Assembly (NCBI GenBank): GCA_965662235.1
Contig: CBFIGY010000033.1
Coordinates: 1-31,078 of the forward strand
Reading direction: 5' to 3'
From: an uncultured bacterium
GTDB taxonomy: Bacteria; SAR324; NAC60-12
Length of the DNA stretch: 31,078 nt
Every line of letters starts with the position of its first letter. Position 1 is the first letter of the stretch. The translations under genes were made by a program, and so were the position numbers. Positions 8,357 to 17,400 of this stretch are shown piece by piece. The notes under the pieces were generated by a model. The model searched no databases and was not told where the DNA came from. It worked only from the letters and a program-made list of their open reading frames with translations.

Positions 8357-9676
8357 TCAGTCCTCTTCCGGGAGGAGCAGGTTCAGCAGAATGGAAATGA
8401 TCGCAACCGGGAGCAGCCCTGAGGTCAACAGGACCTTCAGGTTGTCAGGCAGGTGCTGCAGCGCCGAAGGCACCGACTGCAGTCCGAGTCCCACCGAAAG
8501 CGCCACCGCTAGGATCACCATGTTGCGGCGACTCCACTTGACGTCGCTGAGGATGTTCAGTCCCGCACTCACCACCATCCCAAACATCACAATCACCCCT
8601 CCACCCAAGACGGAGATCGGCATGGACGCGATGATGGCGCCGATTTTCGGAACCAGTCCACAGAGGATGAGAAAGACACCTCCGATGGTGACAATGGTGC
8701 GGCTCATCACTCCGGTTAGGGAGATCAGCCCCACGTTTTGACTGAAGGAGGTGTTGGGCAGGCCCCCGAAGACGCCTGCGAGTGCGGTGCCCAGTCCATC
8801 GGCAAAGGTTCCGCCGCTCAGCTCCCGGTTGGTGGCCTCTCGATTGGCGCCGCCTTTGGTGATGCCTGAGATGTCACCAACGGTCTCAATGGCGCTCACC
8901 ACAGCCATCAGGCACATGCCAATCACTGCGGCCGCGTTGATTTCAAAACCGTACTTGAACGGCACCGGCACCTCAAACCAGCCCGCCCGGGCAATTCCAC
9001 CAAAGTTCACCTCTCCGAGCAGGATCGCCACCAGGTAGCCGGCGACCAGGCCCACGAGGATGGCGGCGCTGGAAAGCACCCCCTTCGAGGAAAACTTCAC
9101 TCCTAGGGACACCACAATCACCGTCAGGGCCATGGTCCAGTTGGTGAGGCTCCCGAATTCGGGCTTCCCCATCAACGGAACCCCGCCCGCAGCATACTGG
9201 ATGCCCACCGGGATCAGCGCCAAGCCAATGGCCATGACCACGACTCCGGTGACCAGTGGCGGCAGCCAGTTCCGGATTTTGCTGATGATGGTGCCCAGCA
9301 GGGTATGGAAGATTCCTCCCAAGAAGATCGCCCCGAAGAGCGCCCCCATGCCCGCCGTCTTGACGATGGGGATCATCACAGGGATGAAAGCGAAGCTCGT
9401 TCCCTGCATCACCGGCAGGCGTGCTCCGACGGGTCCCAAGCCCACCGTTTGAAAGAGGGTCGCGATTCCGGCAAACAGCATCGACATCTGGATGAGGAAG
9501 ACGAGGTCCGGTGAGCCAAAGCTGTACCCGGCGGCCAGCCCCACAATGATGGCTGGGGTGAAGTTGCTGACAAACATGGCCAGCACGTGCTGGAGCCCAA
9601 GCGGGATGGCTTTCGAGAGCGGAGGGACAAAATCAGGGTCTCTCAGCTGTTCGGGGGTGATGGTGTCATTACTCAT
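8357..9676 (-). CDS. Nucleobase:cation symporter-2 (xanthine/urate permease)
   Basis: LGLQHVLAMF, RLPVMQGTSFAF, ETVGD, NAT signature TSFSQNVGLISLTGVMSR. Start ATG 9676 (MSNDTIT) with AGGAG RBS; the longer ORF-track N-terminus overlaps uraD. Confidence 0.95.
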   Translation of the reverse strand: MSNDTITPEQLRDPDFVPPLSKAIPLGLQHVLAMFVSNFTPAIIVGLAAGYSFGSPDLVFLIQMSMLFAGIATLFQTVGLGPVGARLPVMQGTSFAFIPVMIPIVKTAGMGALFGAIFLGGIFHTLLGTIISKIRNWLPPLVTGVVVMAIGLALIPVGIQYAAGGVPLMGKPEFGSLTNWTMALTVIVVSLGVKFSSKGVLSSAAILVGLVAGYLVAILLGEVNFGGIARAGWFEVPVPFKYGFEINAAAVIGMCLMAVVSAIETVGDISGITKGGANREATNRELSGGTFADGLGTALAGVFGGLPNTSFSQNVGLISLTGVMSRTIVTIGGVFLILCGLVPKIGAIIASMPISVLGGGVIVMFGMVVSAGLNILSDVKWSRRNMVILAVALSVGLGLQSVPSALQHLPDNLKVLLTSGLLPVAIISILLNLLLPEED

Positions 9677-9791
9677 ATTGAATCTCCTGAAGCGGGAGGT
9701 TTCAAGGAGCGCACTGACGGGGGAGCGAGCCAGAAGCGGTTCCCAAAAGCGAGCCTGAGGCAGGCTCAGTCCGGTGCCAGGCGGCACCGAG

Positions 9792-10301
9792 TCACGAAGG
9801 AGGTTGCAGGAGCTTCTCCAGGCGCAGGTGCGTGATCTGGATCTGCTCCGCCGCCGCCGTCTGGAGTTCCTGGTTGCGCTCCGAGCCAAGGCGTCGGTTG
9901 AGCAACGTGAGCAACTCCGTGGCGGACTTTCCGGAGGCACAGACGATGTAGATGAAGCCGAACTTCTGTTCGTACTCGACATTCTTCTGCGCCATCTCGG
10001 CCTTGAGGCGCTCATCCGCGCTTTGCATGCCGGCCTGTTCGCCTGAGGTCCAGCCCGCCGTGTTGTGGGCCACCTCCGGAGGCTTGGGGGCCCCGATGCG
10101 GGGGTGTGCGGCAAAGGCTTGAAGCCAGTCGGCCTCCTCCATTTGCTGCCACACCTCATCGGCGCACCGGTGCAGGGTGGCCGCGTCGGAGAAGGGACGT
10201 AAGGCGAGCATGCCGGTCACCCAGCGTGGAGCCCCGCAGCACTTGAGCAGGGCCTCAGCGCTGTCGGCCTCCGGCAGCGCATTGAGTTCTTCAAGCGTCA
10301 T
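9792..10301 (-). CDS. uraD: OHCU (2-oxo-4-hydroxy-4-carboxy-5-ureidoimidazoline) decarboxylase
   Basis: LLKCCG..RW, RPF, AFAAHPRIG, SGEQAG, YEQKFGFIYIVCASG, EQIQITHLRL. Confidence 0.95.
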   Translation of the reverse strand: MTLEELNALPEADSAEALLKCCGAPRWVTGMLALRPFSDAATLHRCADEVWQQMEEADWLQAFAAHPRIGAPKPPEVAHNTAGWTSGEQAGMQSADERLKAEMAQKNVEYEQKFGFIYIVCASGKSATELLTLLNRRLGSERNQELQTAAAEQIQITHLRLEKLLQPPS

Positions 10302-11725
10302 CAGCTTCGTCGTGCTTCTACGATTTTCCGGAAGGAGCCCGCCTGAATTTCCTCAACGGTCACTCCGGCGGCTTCCACGTCTTCCGGGTCAATGGCCCCT
10401 GAGTTGAGCGCCCGGAAGAAGAAGTTCAGCAGCCCCTGTCCGGTGGCGGCATCGTCAAAGACGTCTCCGCTCAGCGTGGCCTTGGACGCCTGCTCAACAA
10501 AGTTCTTCAGACGGGTGGTGGATTCCTGAACCTGCTCAAGGAAGAAGGCGGCACACGCGGCATAACGTACGGGAATCTGCGCCGGATGCAAGTCCCATCC
10601 TTGGTAAAATCCATGAGCAAGGGAACGTCGGACGTGTCCATAGCTGAGACGCCAGGCGCGGTGGACGGTTTCTAGGTTCTCACGGACCTGCACCGGAGAG
10701 AGGCTTTCACCGCGGTGGGGGGCAACCGGCATGATGTTGGTGGCACCGTCGGAGAGGAAGATGCCGGTGCCGCCGAAGGCGACCTTCATGACGTGTCGGG
10801 CAAAGTCACAGACGGCGCTGTCCATCTTCTGGTAAGCGGCAATGAGGTCGCAGGAGGCCGTGTAGTCGTAGGTGCCGAAGTGGGCGCCCAGGCAGCGTCC
10901 GCGCGCCGCGTTGGCGATCTTCCGGGCGGTCACTTCGCCGTTGGCATTGAAGACCGACTGCGTGGTCTCAATCATCACCTCCATCTTGAGGGATCCGGGG
11001 GCCATGCCCTTTTCTGCCTCAAAGATCTCAAACAGCTCCACGAGGGCAGACGCCTGCTCGGGAACCTCCACCTTGGGCAACGTCACCACAAAGTTTTCTG
11101 GGAGGGTGCCTCCGGTTTCTTCCAGCAGGGTGCTCAGGAACAGGTCTAGGGTCCGGATGCCCCGCTCCGAGAATTCTCGGTTGAAGGGCTTGATGCGGAT
11201 GCCGACAAAGGGTGGCAGGATTCCCTGGTTCATGGCAGACACCACTTCCTTGGCGCCCTGGATGGCGACGGCGTCTTCCTCTTCATCTGGGCGGATGCCA
11301 AAGCCGTCTTCGTAGTCGAGCCGGAAGTCTTCCACGGCTTCGCGTTCCAGCTTCTTGAGCACCTGCGTGTAAACCCGCCATGCCAGCCACACCGGCTGAT
11401 TGGCCGTGGAGACGCCACGGGTTTCCACGTCTTGCACCAATGCCTCCACCTCACTCAGGCGGGTGGGAAGCGTCTCGGAACCGGCTAGGCCAAGGGCCTG
11501 GGCGAAGGTGATGAAGTTGGGGGCGTAGTCCTGCAGGCTCCGGATGGCAAGCTTTCCCATCTTGGCCGCTAGGTCGGCCTTGAAGAGGTGAGCGCCACCG
11601 TAGATGGTGTGCACTGGCTGACGGGCAAGGGACTTTCCGGGGTAGTCGTTGATGAACTGCTGGTTGGCGTCAGCCAGACGGCTCAGGGTGGAGCCAATGC
11701 GGTCGGGGGTGAGGGTACGGGTCAT
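10301..11725 (-). CDS. CitE/HpcH aldolase-citrate lyase/malate synthase superfamily protein (DUF6986-like), function unknown
   Basis: DFRLDYEDG, GIRIK, LPKV, VMIET, FGTYDY, GWDLHPAQ correspond in order to CitE-type TIM-barrel motifs; TGATG overlap with uraD. Confidence 0.8.
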   Translation of the reverse strand: MTRTLTPDRIGSTLSRLADANQQFINDYPGKSLARQPVHTIYGGAHLFKADLAAKMGKLAIRSLQDYAPNFITFAQALGLAGSETLPTRLSEVEALVQDVETRGVSTANQPVWLAWRVYTQVLKKLEREAVEDFRLDYEDGFGIRPDEEEDAVAIQGAKEVVSAMNQGILPPFVGIRIKPFNREFSERGIRTLDLFLSTLLEETGGTLPENFVVTLPKVEVPEQASALVELFEIFEAEKGMAPGSLKMEVMIETTQSVFNANGEVTARKIANAARGRCLGAHFGTYDYTASCDLIAAYQKMDSAVCDFARHVMKVAFGGTGIFLSDGATNIMPVAPHRGESLSPVQVRENLETVHRAWRLSYGHVRRSLAHGFYQGWDLHPAQIPVRYAACAAFFLEQVQESTTRLKNFVEQASKATLSGDVFDDAATGQGLLNFFFRALNSGAIDPEDVEAAGVTVEEIQAGSFRKIVEARRS

Positions 11726-11748
11726 GGGGTCTCAGTCAAAAAAAGAAG

Positions 11749-12762
11749 TTAGATGGCTTTGGTTCCAAAGAGGCGTAGGCGACTGACTCCGCCATCAGGG
11801 TAGATGCTCAGGCGAACGTGGGTGACCGGGCCAATGGTCTCAAGCTCTTCCTCAAAGGTGTGCTGGGCGTCTGCCTGCAGCTTGACCTCTGGGAGCAGGG
11901 ACATCCAACGCAGGCCGGGGTCGTCCCAGCTTTCTGGAGTGGTGCCTTCAGGCAGGTTCAGGGCTTCAAGGCTGCAGCGGTCGGGGTAGTTGCCCTTGAA
12001 GTGGGCGGTGTCCACTTCGACCTTTTCCACCTCACCGGCACAGGCAAGCCGGAGGATGGCCCAGTCGTTTCCAGGCTCTCGCCGTCGTCGGGTTTCCCAA
12101 CCGTCCCCCATGTTGATGCCCCGTCCGGGCGCCACTAGGTTGTCCATGTGCCCAAAGTGCTGGTCGTTGCAGGCCAGGGCCTTGCCCCCCAGCCGAGAGG
12201 CGGCCAGGTCGATCACCTCGTCTGGACCAATGGCCTTCCAGTCCACCGACGGTTCGCCATAGACCCGGAGGCGTGCGACTCCGCCATCGGGATAGATGTG
12301 CAGGCGGACGTGGGTCCAGCGCTGCTGGCTCTTCAGTTCAAAGAAGTTTTGGGTGCTTCCTTCAAGAGCAGACTTGGGGAGAAGCTCCGTCCAGGACGTG
12401 GACGCGTCCGGATCTCCTGTCACCTCGCAGGCCTCGACTGAGGCGAAGGGCGGGAAGTTGCCGGTGAAGTGGTTGGTGTCAATGTCGAGGGCCTTGATGC
12501 GTCCGGGAGCCCCAAGCCGGACGGTGCACCAGTCGTGTCCGGGGGTGCGCTTGCGGCGGGATTCCCAACCGTCCATCCACTTGCCATGGTCGTCAAACTT
12601 GCCGGGAATGAAGATGCCTCGTCCGGGCTTGATCAGGTTTTCCTTGGCGGCAAAGAAGTCATCGGTCGCATCAAGGACCACGGTGCCCAGCCGCTCTTCA
12701 GCAAGGTTGAGGAAGCGCTTGGAGTAACGATCGTCGTGTGGGTTTTCAATGAAGAGTTCCAT
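11749..12762 (-). CDS. alc: Allantoicase
   Basis: Two internal repeats: WMDGWESRRKR / MGDGWETRRRR, DTNHFTGNFP / DTAHFKGNYP, IYPDGGVARLR / IYPDGGVSRLR. Confidence 0.97.
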   Translation of the reverse strand: MELFIENPHDDRYSKRFLNLAEERLGTVVLDATDDFFAAKENLIKPGRGIFIPGKFDDHGKWMDGWESRRKRTPGHDWCTVRLGAPGRIKALDIDTNHFTGNFPPFASVEACEVTGDPDASTSWTELLPKSALEGSTQNFFELKSQQRWTHVRLHIYPDGGVARLRVYGEPSVDWKAIGPDEVIDLAASRLGGKALACNDQHFGHMDNLVAPGRGINMGDGWETRRRREPGNDWAILRLACAGEVEKVEVDTAHFKGNYPDRCSLEALNLPEGTTPESWDDPGLRWMSLLPEVKLQADAQHTFEEELETIGPVTHVRLSIYPDGGVSRLRLFGTKAI

Positions 12763-12768
12763 AGGGGC

Positions 12769-13503
12769 TCAGTTGAAGTATTCCGGATGTTGCTGCTGGA
12801 GAGTTTCGATGTGCCGGAGCACATCATTGAGGTGATCCTGAAGCGCCTGCACCGCCTGATCCGGATGATGCGCCGCAATCGCTTCAAAGAGATCCCGGTG
12901 CTGCTGAACAATCTGTTCGAGGTACTGAGGGAGGTCGTAGGTGAGGACCCGGACTCGGTCCAGCTGGAGCTTGGCGCTGTCGATGACACGCCAGACCTTC
13001 GCAGAGTGCCCCACCCCGGCAATGAGGCGGTGGAATTCCTGATCCAGGCGGTAAAGCTCCTCGGTGTTGGGACGTTCCAGGCAGAACTGCTGGTTCCTCA
13101 GGTTGAGCTCCAGCGCCTCCGCCTGTGCCGAATCAATGGACGCTGCTGCCTGCTGCACCGTGGCCGCTTCCATTGTCATCCGAATGAAGTGGTCCTCCCG
13201 GACGTCCTCTAGGTTGATGCGAGAAACAAAGGTGCCCCGCTGCGGGAGGATCTCCACCAGGCCCTCAAAGCTCAGACGCTGGCAGGCCTCCCGGATGGGC
13301 GTTCGAGAAACCCCAAAGCGCTGGCAGAGGTCCTTCTCCGGAATCGCCTCCCCCGGACGGAGCTGAAACCCAATGATCTCCTCCCGCAGGATCGCATGGA
13401 TCTGCTCCACCGTGTTCTGGCGGGGATTCAGCTTTCGGACGGGGGCAGATGCGGCCACGGGACTCCTTGCTCCAACACTCGGGTTGCTCGGCACAAGTAA
13501 CAA
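12769..13503 (-). CDS. GntR family (FadR/FCD subfamily) transcriptional regulator
   Basis: wHTH E..L..RFGVSRTPIREA..RL..EGLV...PQRGTFV; FCD LDQEFH and QQH motifs. Start codon uncertain (TTG 13503 or GTG 13494). Confidence 0.93.
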   Translation of the reverse strand: MLLVPSNPSVGARSPVAASAPVRKLNPRQNTVEQIHAILREEIIGFQLRPGEAIPEKDLCQRFGVSRTPIREACQRLSFEGLVEILPQRGTFVSRINLEDVREDHFIRMTMEAATVQQAAASIDSAQAEALELNLRNQQFCLERPNTEELYRLDQEFHRLIAGVGHSAKVWRVIDSAKLQLDRVRVLTYDLPQYLEQIVQQHRDLFEAIAAHHPDQAVQALQDHLNDVLRHIETLQQQHPEYFN

Positions 13504-13511
13504 TTTTCTTG

Positions 13512-13563
13512 ATACTTGTATACTAGTTTGTGAGGATTATGCCGCGTTTCTGGAGCTTGTCAA
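13512..13563 (-). promoter_or_regulatory. Sigma70-type promoter with overlapping palindromic operator for the gntR-alc operon
   Basis: Minus strand TTGACA (13563-13558), 16-nt spacer, CATAAT (13541-13536); just downstream ATACTTGTAT (13512-13521) and ACTTGTATACTAGT (13514-13527) dyads. Confidence 0.65.
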
Positions 13564-13595
13564 GAGTTCCGTGTGCAATTTGCTGCAGAAGGGGT

Positions 13596-14501
13596 TCAGG
13601 GGCGGTGGTGCTGGTGCCAGTGCCGAGCGATTTCTGCGCGTTGGCAGAGCCAGACCTGTTCGTGTCCCTGGACGTAGTCGAGGAAGCGAGCCAAGGCGGC
13701 GGCGCGTCCGGGGCGTCCGACGAGGCGGCAGTGGAGGCCGATGCTCATCATTTTCGGGGCCGTGGCTCCTTCGGCATAGAGGGTGTCAAAGGAATCCTTG
13801 AGGTAGGCAAAGAACTGGTCTCCGGAGTTGAAGCCCTGCGGTGTGGCAAAGCGCATGTCGTTGGCGTCCAGCGTGTAGGGAACGATCAGGTGGGGCTTGC
13901 CCTCGAGGCCTTCAACCCAGTAAGGTAGGTCATCGGCGTAGGAGTCGGCATCGTAGAGCAGGTCACCGGCTTCTTCGAGAAGGATGCGGCGAGTGTTGGG
14001 ACCCGTGCGGCCGATGTACCACCCTAGGGGGGCGGACCCGGTCACCCGGGTGTGAATGGCCAGAGCCTCGCGGATGTGGGCGCGTTCCTCTTCTTCTGGA
14101 AGGTACTGGTAGTCGATCCAGCGGTAGCCGTGTGAGGCAATTTCCCACTGGGCGTCCAGCATGCCCGCAACGGCTTCGGGATTGCGCTCAAGGGCCATGG
14201 CCACGCCATAGACGGTGACGGGAATCTGCCGTTCGGTGAACAGCCGGTGGAGCCTCCAGAAGCCGGCCCGGCTGCCGTATTCATAAATGGACTCCATGTT
14301 CATGTGCCGGACGCCTTCTAGGGCCTGAGCGCCGACGATTTCTGACAGGAAGGCTTCAGAGGCCCGGTCTCCGTGGAGGATGCAGTTCTCACCGCCTTCT
14401 TCGTAGTTGATCACAAACTGAACGGCTACGCGGGCGTTTCCGGGCCACTGAGGATTCGGGGTGTGACGTCCATAGCCCACCATGTCTCTAGGATAAGTCA
14501 T
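13596..14501 (-). CDS. puuE: Allantoinase PuuE (polysaccharide deacetylase fold)
   Basis: YPRDMVGYG, INYEEGGE, ESIYEYGSRAGFWRL, HGYRW, PYTLDANDMRF, IGLHCRLVGRPGR. Confidence 0.97.
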   Translation of the reverse strand: MTYPRDMVGYGRHTPNPQWPGNARVAVQFVINYEEGGENCILHGDRASEAFLSEIVGAQALEGVRHMNMESIYEYGSRAGFWRLHRLFTERQIPVTVYGVAMALERNPEAVAGMLDAQWEIASHGYRWIDYQYLPEEEERAHIREALAIHTRVTGSAPLGWYIGRTGPNTRRILLEEAGDLLYDADSYADDLPYWVEGLEGKPHLIVPYTLDANDMRFATPQGFNSGDQFFAYLKDSFDTLYAEGATAPKMMSIGLHCRLVGRPGRAAALARFLDYVQGHEQVWLCQRAEIARHWHQHHRP

Positions 14502-14645
14502 GCGAGTGTCCTTCTTGGTTGAAAGTTAAACGACCTGTGAGGAGAGAGTATCCGCAATTGTTGAAGACGTGCAACTAAAATTGCGCCTGCCTGTGGAGGC
14601 GTGGTCTTCATGAACTCAGTGAACCCTGCTTAACGAGTCACCCTT

Positions 14646-15839
14646 ATGGAAACCTACCTGCTGGACTGGGCCAACCTGCTCATCCGTTGGCTGCACCTCA
14701 TTGCCGGCATCGCTTGGATTGGGTCTTCCTTCTACTTTGTGATGCTGGACCTCTCGCTGCAGCCACCGAAGAAGGCAGAGGATGCGGCCCGGGGCGTTTC
14801 CGGGGAGCTGTGGGCGGTGCATGGTGGCGGGTTTTACGTCAGTCAGAAGTTCCTCACCGGTCCCAAGGGAGAGCCGCTCAGCGACAACCTGCACTGGACC
14901 AAGTATGAGTCCTACACGACGCTGCTGTCCGGATTGGCGCTGATGGCGATCATCTACTGGTACGGGGCGAACTCCTACCTGATCGACCCGCGGGTGATGG
15001 AGCTGACGGCGGCCCAGGCGATTGGACTGAGCATCGCGTTCCTCGTGGGCGGGTGGATCATTTACGACGGCCTCTGCCGGCTGCTGGTGGGAAAGGACAC
15101 GCTGCTGGCTGCTCTGGTGTTTGTGTTCATCATGGGGGCCAACTACACCCTCTTTCACCTCTTCAGTGCCCGGGCGGCCTTCCTGCACGTCGGCGCCATG
15201 ATGGGGGTGTCGATGGTGGCAAACGTTTACTTCCACATCATCCCTGGGCAGGAGAAGATGGTGGGGCAGATCCGCCGAGGTGAGGAGGTGGACCCGACCC
15301 CGGGAATCATTGGGAAGCAGCGTTCGGTGCACAACACCTACTTCACGCTTCCGGTCCTCTTCATCATGATCAGCAACCACTACCCGATGACCTACAGTCA
15401 TGAGCACGGGTGGCTGGTGCTGGGCTTGATCATGATGGCCGGGGTGCTCGTGCGGCAGTTCTTTGTGCTCCGGCACAAGGGGGACGTCCAGTGGTGGCTG
15501 CCGGTGGTCGGAAGCGCTCTCATGGTTGGGGTCATCTTCTGGCTGCAGCCTGAGGTGATTGACGGCTCCAGCCGTCCGCAGGTGAGCCTGAACGAACTCC
15601 AGGGGGTGCTCAACCAGCGTTGCACCGCCTGCCATGCCGCGCAGCCCACTCAGCCCGGATTTGCCCAGCCTCCGAAGGGGGTGATGCTGGAAACAGTGGC
15701 GCAGATTCAGCAGCATGCCCCCAAGATTGCCGAGACGGTGGCAAGCGGCTACATGCCCCTTGGGAACCTCACCGGCATCACCGATGAGGAGCGCCAGCTG
15801 ATTGCCACCTGGTATGCCCAATCCACTGCTTCCAACTGA
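14646..15839 (+). CDS. puuD: Membrane urate hydroxylase/oxidase PuuD with C-terminal cytochrome c
   Basis: RWLHLIAGIAWIGSSFYF, LWAVHGGGFY, RSVHNTYFTLPVLFIMISNHYP, heme motif CTACH and MPLGN. Confidence 0.95.
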   Translation: METYLLDWANLLIRWLHLIAGIAWIGSSFYFVMLDLSLQPPKKAEDAARGVSGELWAVHGGGFYVSQKFLTGPKGEPLSDNLHWTKYESYTTLLSGLALMAIIYWYGANSYLIDPRVMELTAAQAIGLSIAFLVGGWIIYDGLCRLLVGKDTLLAALVFVFIMGANYTLFHLFSARAAFLHVGAMMGVSMVANVYFHIIPGQEKMVGQIRRGEEVDPTPGIIGKQRSVHNTYFTLPVLFIMISNHYPMTYSHEHGWLVLGLIMMAGVLVRQFFVLRHKGDVQWWLPVVGSALMVGVIFWLQPEVIDGSSRPQVSLNELQGVLNQRCTACHAAQPTQPGFAQPPKGVMLETVAQIQQHAPKIAETVASGYMPLGNLTGITDEERQLIATWYAQSTASN

Positions 15840-15845
15840 GTTGCC

Positions 15846-16379
15846 ATGCTTCCGGAGATCCGTTACCAAGCCGATGAGACCTTTACCGCAGAAGACGATC
15901 AGCAGCTGCGGAACCTGCTGACGACCTGCTTCACAAAGCCACAGGACGCCATCTTCCAGACGCAGCGCTACTTCCGGGAACCCTACCCGCACCGCTGGGT
16001 GATTCCAGGGCCAGCGCCTCAGCTTTGGGCGCACGTGGGCCTGCACCTGAAGGAGGTCCGGACGGCGACGCAGACCTTTCCCATCGGAGGCATCTGTGAG
16101 GTGTGTGTGCATCCGGAGGTCCGGGGACGGGGCTACGTCCGGGAGATGCTGAAGGAGGTGCATGCTTGGGAAGAGGCGGCTGGGCTGCCGTTTTCGCTGC
16201 TGTTTGGAGAACCTGCGGTGTACCAGTCGAGCGGCTACCGGGAGGTCCGGAATGTGGTGTATCACCCCCAGGGCGGAGGTTGGGATGAAGCAGTGGTGCC
16301 GCTGCCGGTGATGGTCCGGACGTTGGGCGCCCACGTGTGGCCGGAGGAACCCGTGTTTCTCCCAGGTCCGAAGTTCTGA
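15846..16379 (+). CDS. GNAT family N-acetyltransferase
   Basis: IGGICEVCVHPEVRGRGY acetyl-CoA binding motif; VYQSSGY. Confidence 0.88.
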   Translation: MLPEIRYQADETFTAEDDQQLRNLLTTCFTKPQDAIFQTQRYFREPYPHRWVIPGPAPQLWAHVGLHLKEVRTATQTFPIGGICEVCVHPEVRGRGYVREMLKEVHAWEEAAGLPFSLLFGEPAVYQSSGYREVRNVVYHPQGGGWDEAVVPLPVMVRTLGAHVWPEEPVFLPGPKF

Positions 16380-16390
16380 GCCGGAGGGAG

Positions 16391-16411
16391 CCGGAGCAGG
16401 GGCTGCTCCGG
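16391..16411. terminator. Perfect 9-bp hairpin between convergent GNAT and etfA
   Basis: CCGGAGCAG-GGG-CTGCTCCGG; no clear U tract. Confidence 0.55.
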
Positions 16412-16427
16412 TGTCCTGAAAAAGAGG

Positions 16428-17390
16428 TCAGCCCTTGAGCTTGGCGATGCTGTCTTCCATCACCGGAAGGGCCTTGAAGAGGTCCCCGACGATGCCATAG
16501 TCCGCGACCTTAAAGATGGGGGCATCGGCATCCTTGTTGACGGCCACCACGACCTTGGAGTCGGACATGCCTGCGAGGTGCTGGATGGCTCCTGAGATGC
16601 CGAGGGCCACATAGAGCTGCGGCTTCACCTGAGTACCGGTTTGCCCTACCTGATGCTTGTGCGGGAGCCATCCGGCGTCACACACTGCCCGGGAGGCACC
16701 CAAAGCGGCTCCAAGCTGCTGCGTCAGCGGACGGGCCTTCTCGGCCCCTTCCGGACCGCCGACTCCACGTCCCACAGAAACCACAACTGGGGCGTCCGTC
16801 AGAGAAATTTCGTTGCTTTCCTCCACTTCCACTCCCAGGGTCTGAAGCCGGGCATCTGCTTCAGGAACCGTCAGAGCCACCGTCTGGGCGGCTCCGGGGG
16901 CCTGCTCTTCAAAGGCAAAGCTGCCTCCTCGGATGCTGAGGACCTTGACGCCCGCGTGCTTGAAGCGGCTCTTCTGCACAAGCTTGGTGGCCATGCAGGG
17001 GCGTTCCACGGTCACGGTGTCTCCTTCCACGGTCACGCCGGTGACATCACTCAGCGCGCCGACCTTCAGGCGAGCGGCCACCCGGGGGGTCAGGTCCCGT
17101 CCCATTTCAGAAGACGTCAGCCAGACCATGGTGGCACCAGACTGCTGGGCCGCGTCTGCGACCGCTTGGGTGTACTGCAGGGTGTTGTAAATGGCTAGGG
17201 ACGCATCATCTGCAACATAGACGGTCTGGGCTCCAAAGCCAGCGGCAGCATCCGCCTGTCCGGCCACGCCCTGTCCAATCAGCACCGCATCTGTAGCCAG
17301 GCCCAATCGTCCGGCCTCACTCAGCAGTTCCTTGGTGCTCTCCTTCAGCGCGCCGTTTTTCAGTTCAGCAACAACAAGAATTTTTGACAT
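16428..17390 (-). CDS. etfA: Electron transfer flavoprotein alpha subunit
   Basis: [51 protein letters not shown]. Start at MSKILV. Confidence 0.96.
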   Translation of the reverse strand: MSKILVVAELKNGALKESTKELLSEAGRLGLATDAVLIGQGVAGQADAAAGFGAQTVYVADDASLAIYNTLQYTQAVADAAQQSGATMVWLTSSEMGRDLTPRVAARLKVGALSDVTGVTVEGDTVTVERPCMATKLVQKSRFKHAGVKVLSIRGGSFAFEEQAPGAAQTVALTVPEADARLQTLGVEVEESNEISLTDAPVVVSVGRGVGGPEGAEKARPLTQQLGAALGASRAVCDAGWLPHKHQVGQTGTQVKPQLYVALGISGAIQHLAGMSDSKVVVAVNKDADAPIFKVADYGIVGDLFKALPVMEDSIAKLKG

Positions 17391-17400
17391 GGGGGTCCTT

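Noticed and set aside
9677..10159. Apparent 161-aa N-terminal extension of the NCS2 transporter or a uraD fusion
   Set aside because: Different frame from uraD, low-complexity translation, and a clear RBS plus ATG at 9676.
11749..12762. Internal sequence duplication in alc
   Set aside because: Normal two-repeat architecture of allantoicase.
14616..16334. 572-aa antisense ORF over puuD and GNAT
   Set aside because: Shadow frame of GC-rich genes; His/Arg/Pro-rich with no recognisable motifs.
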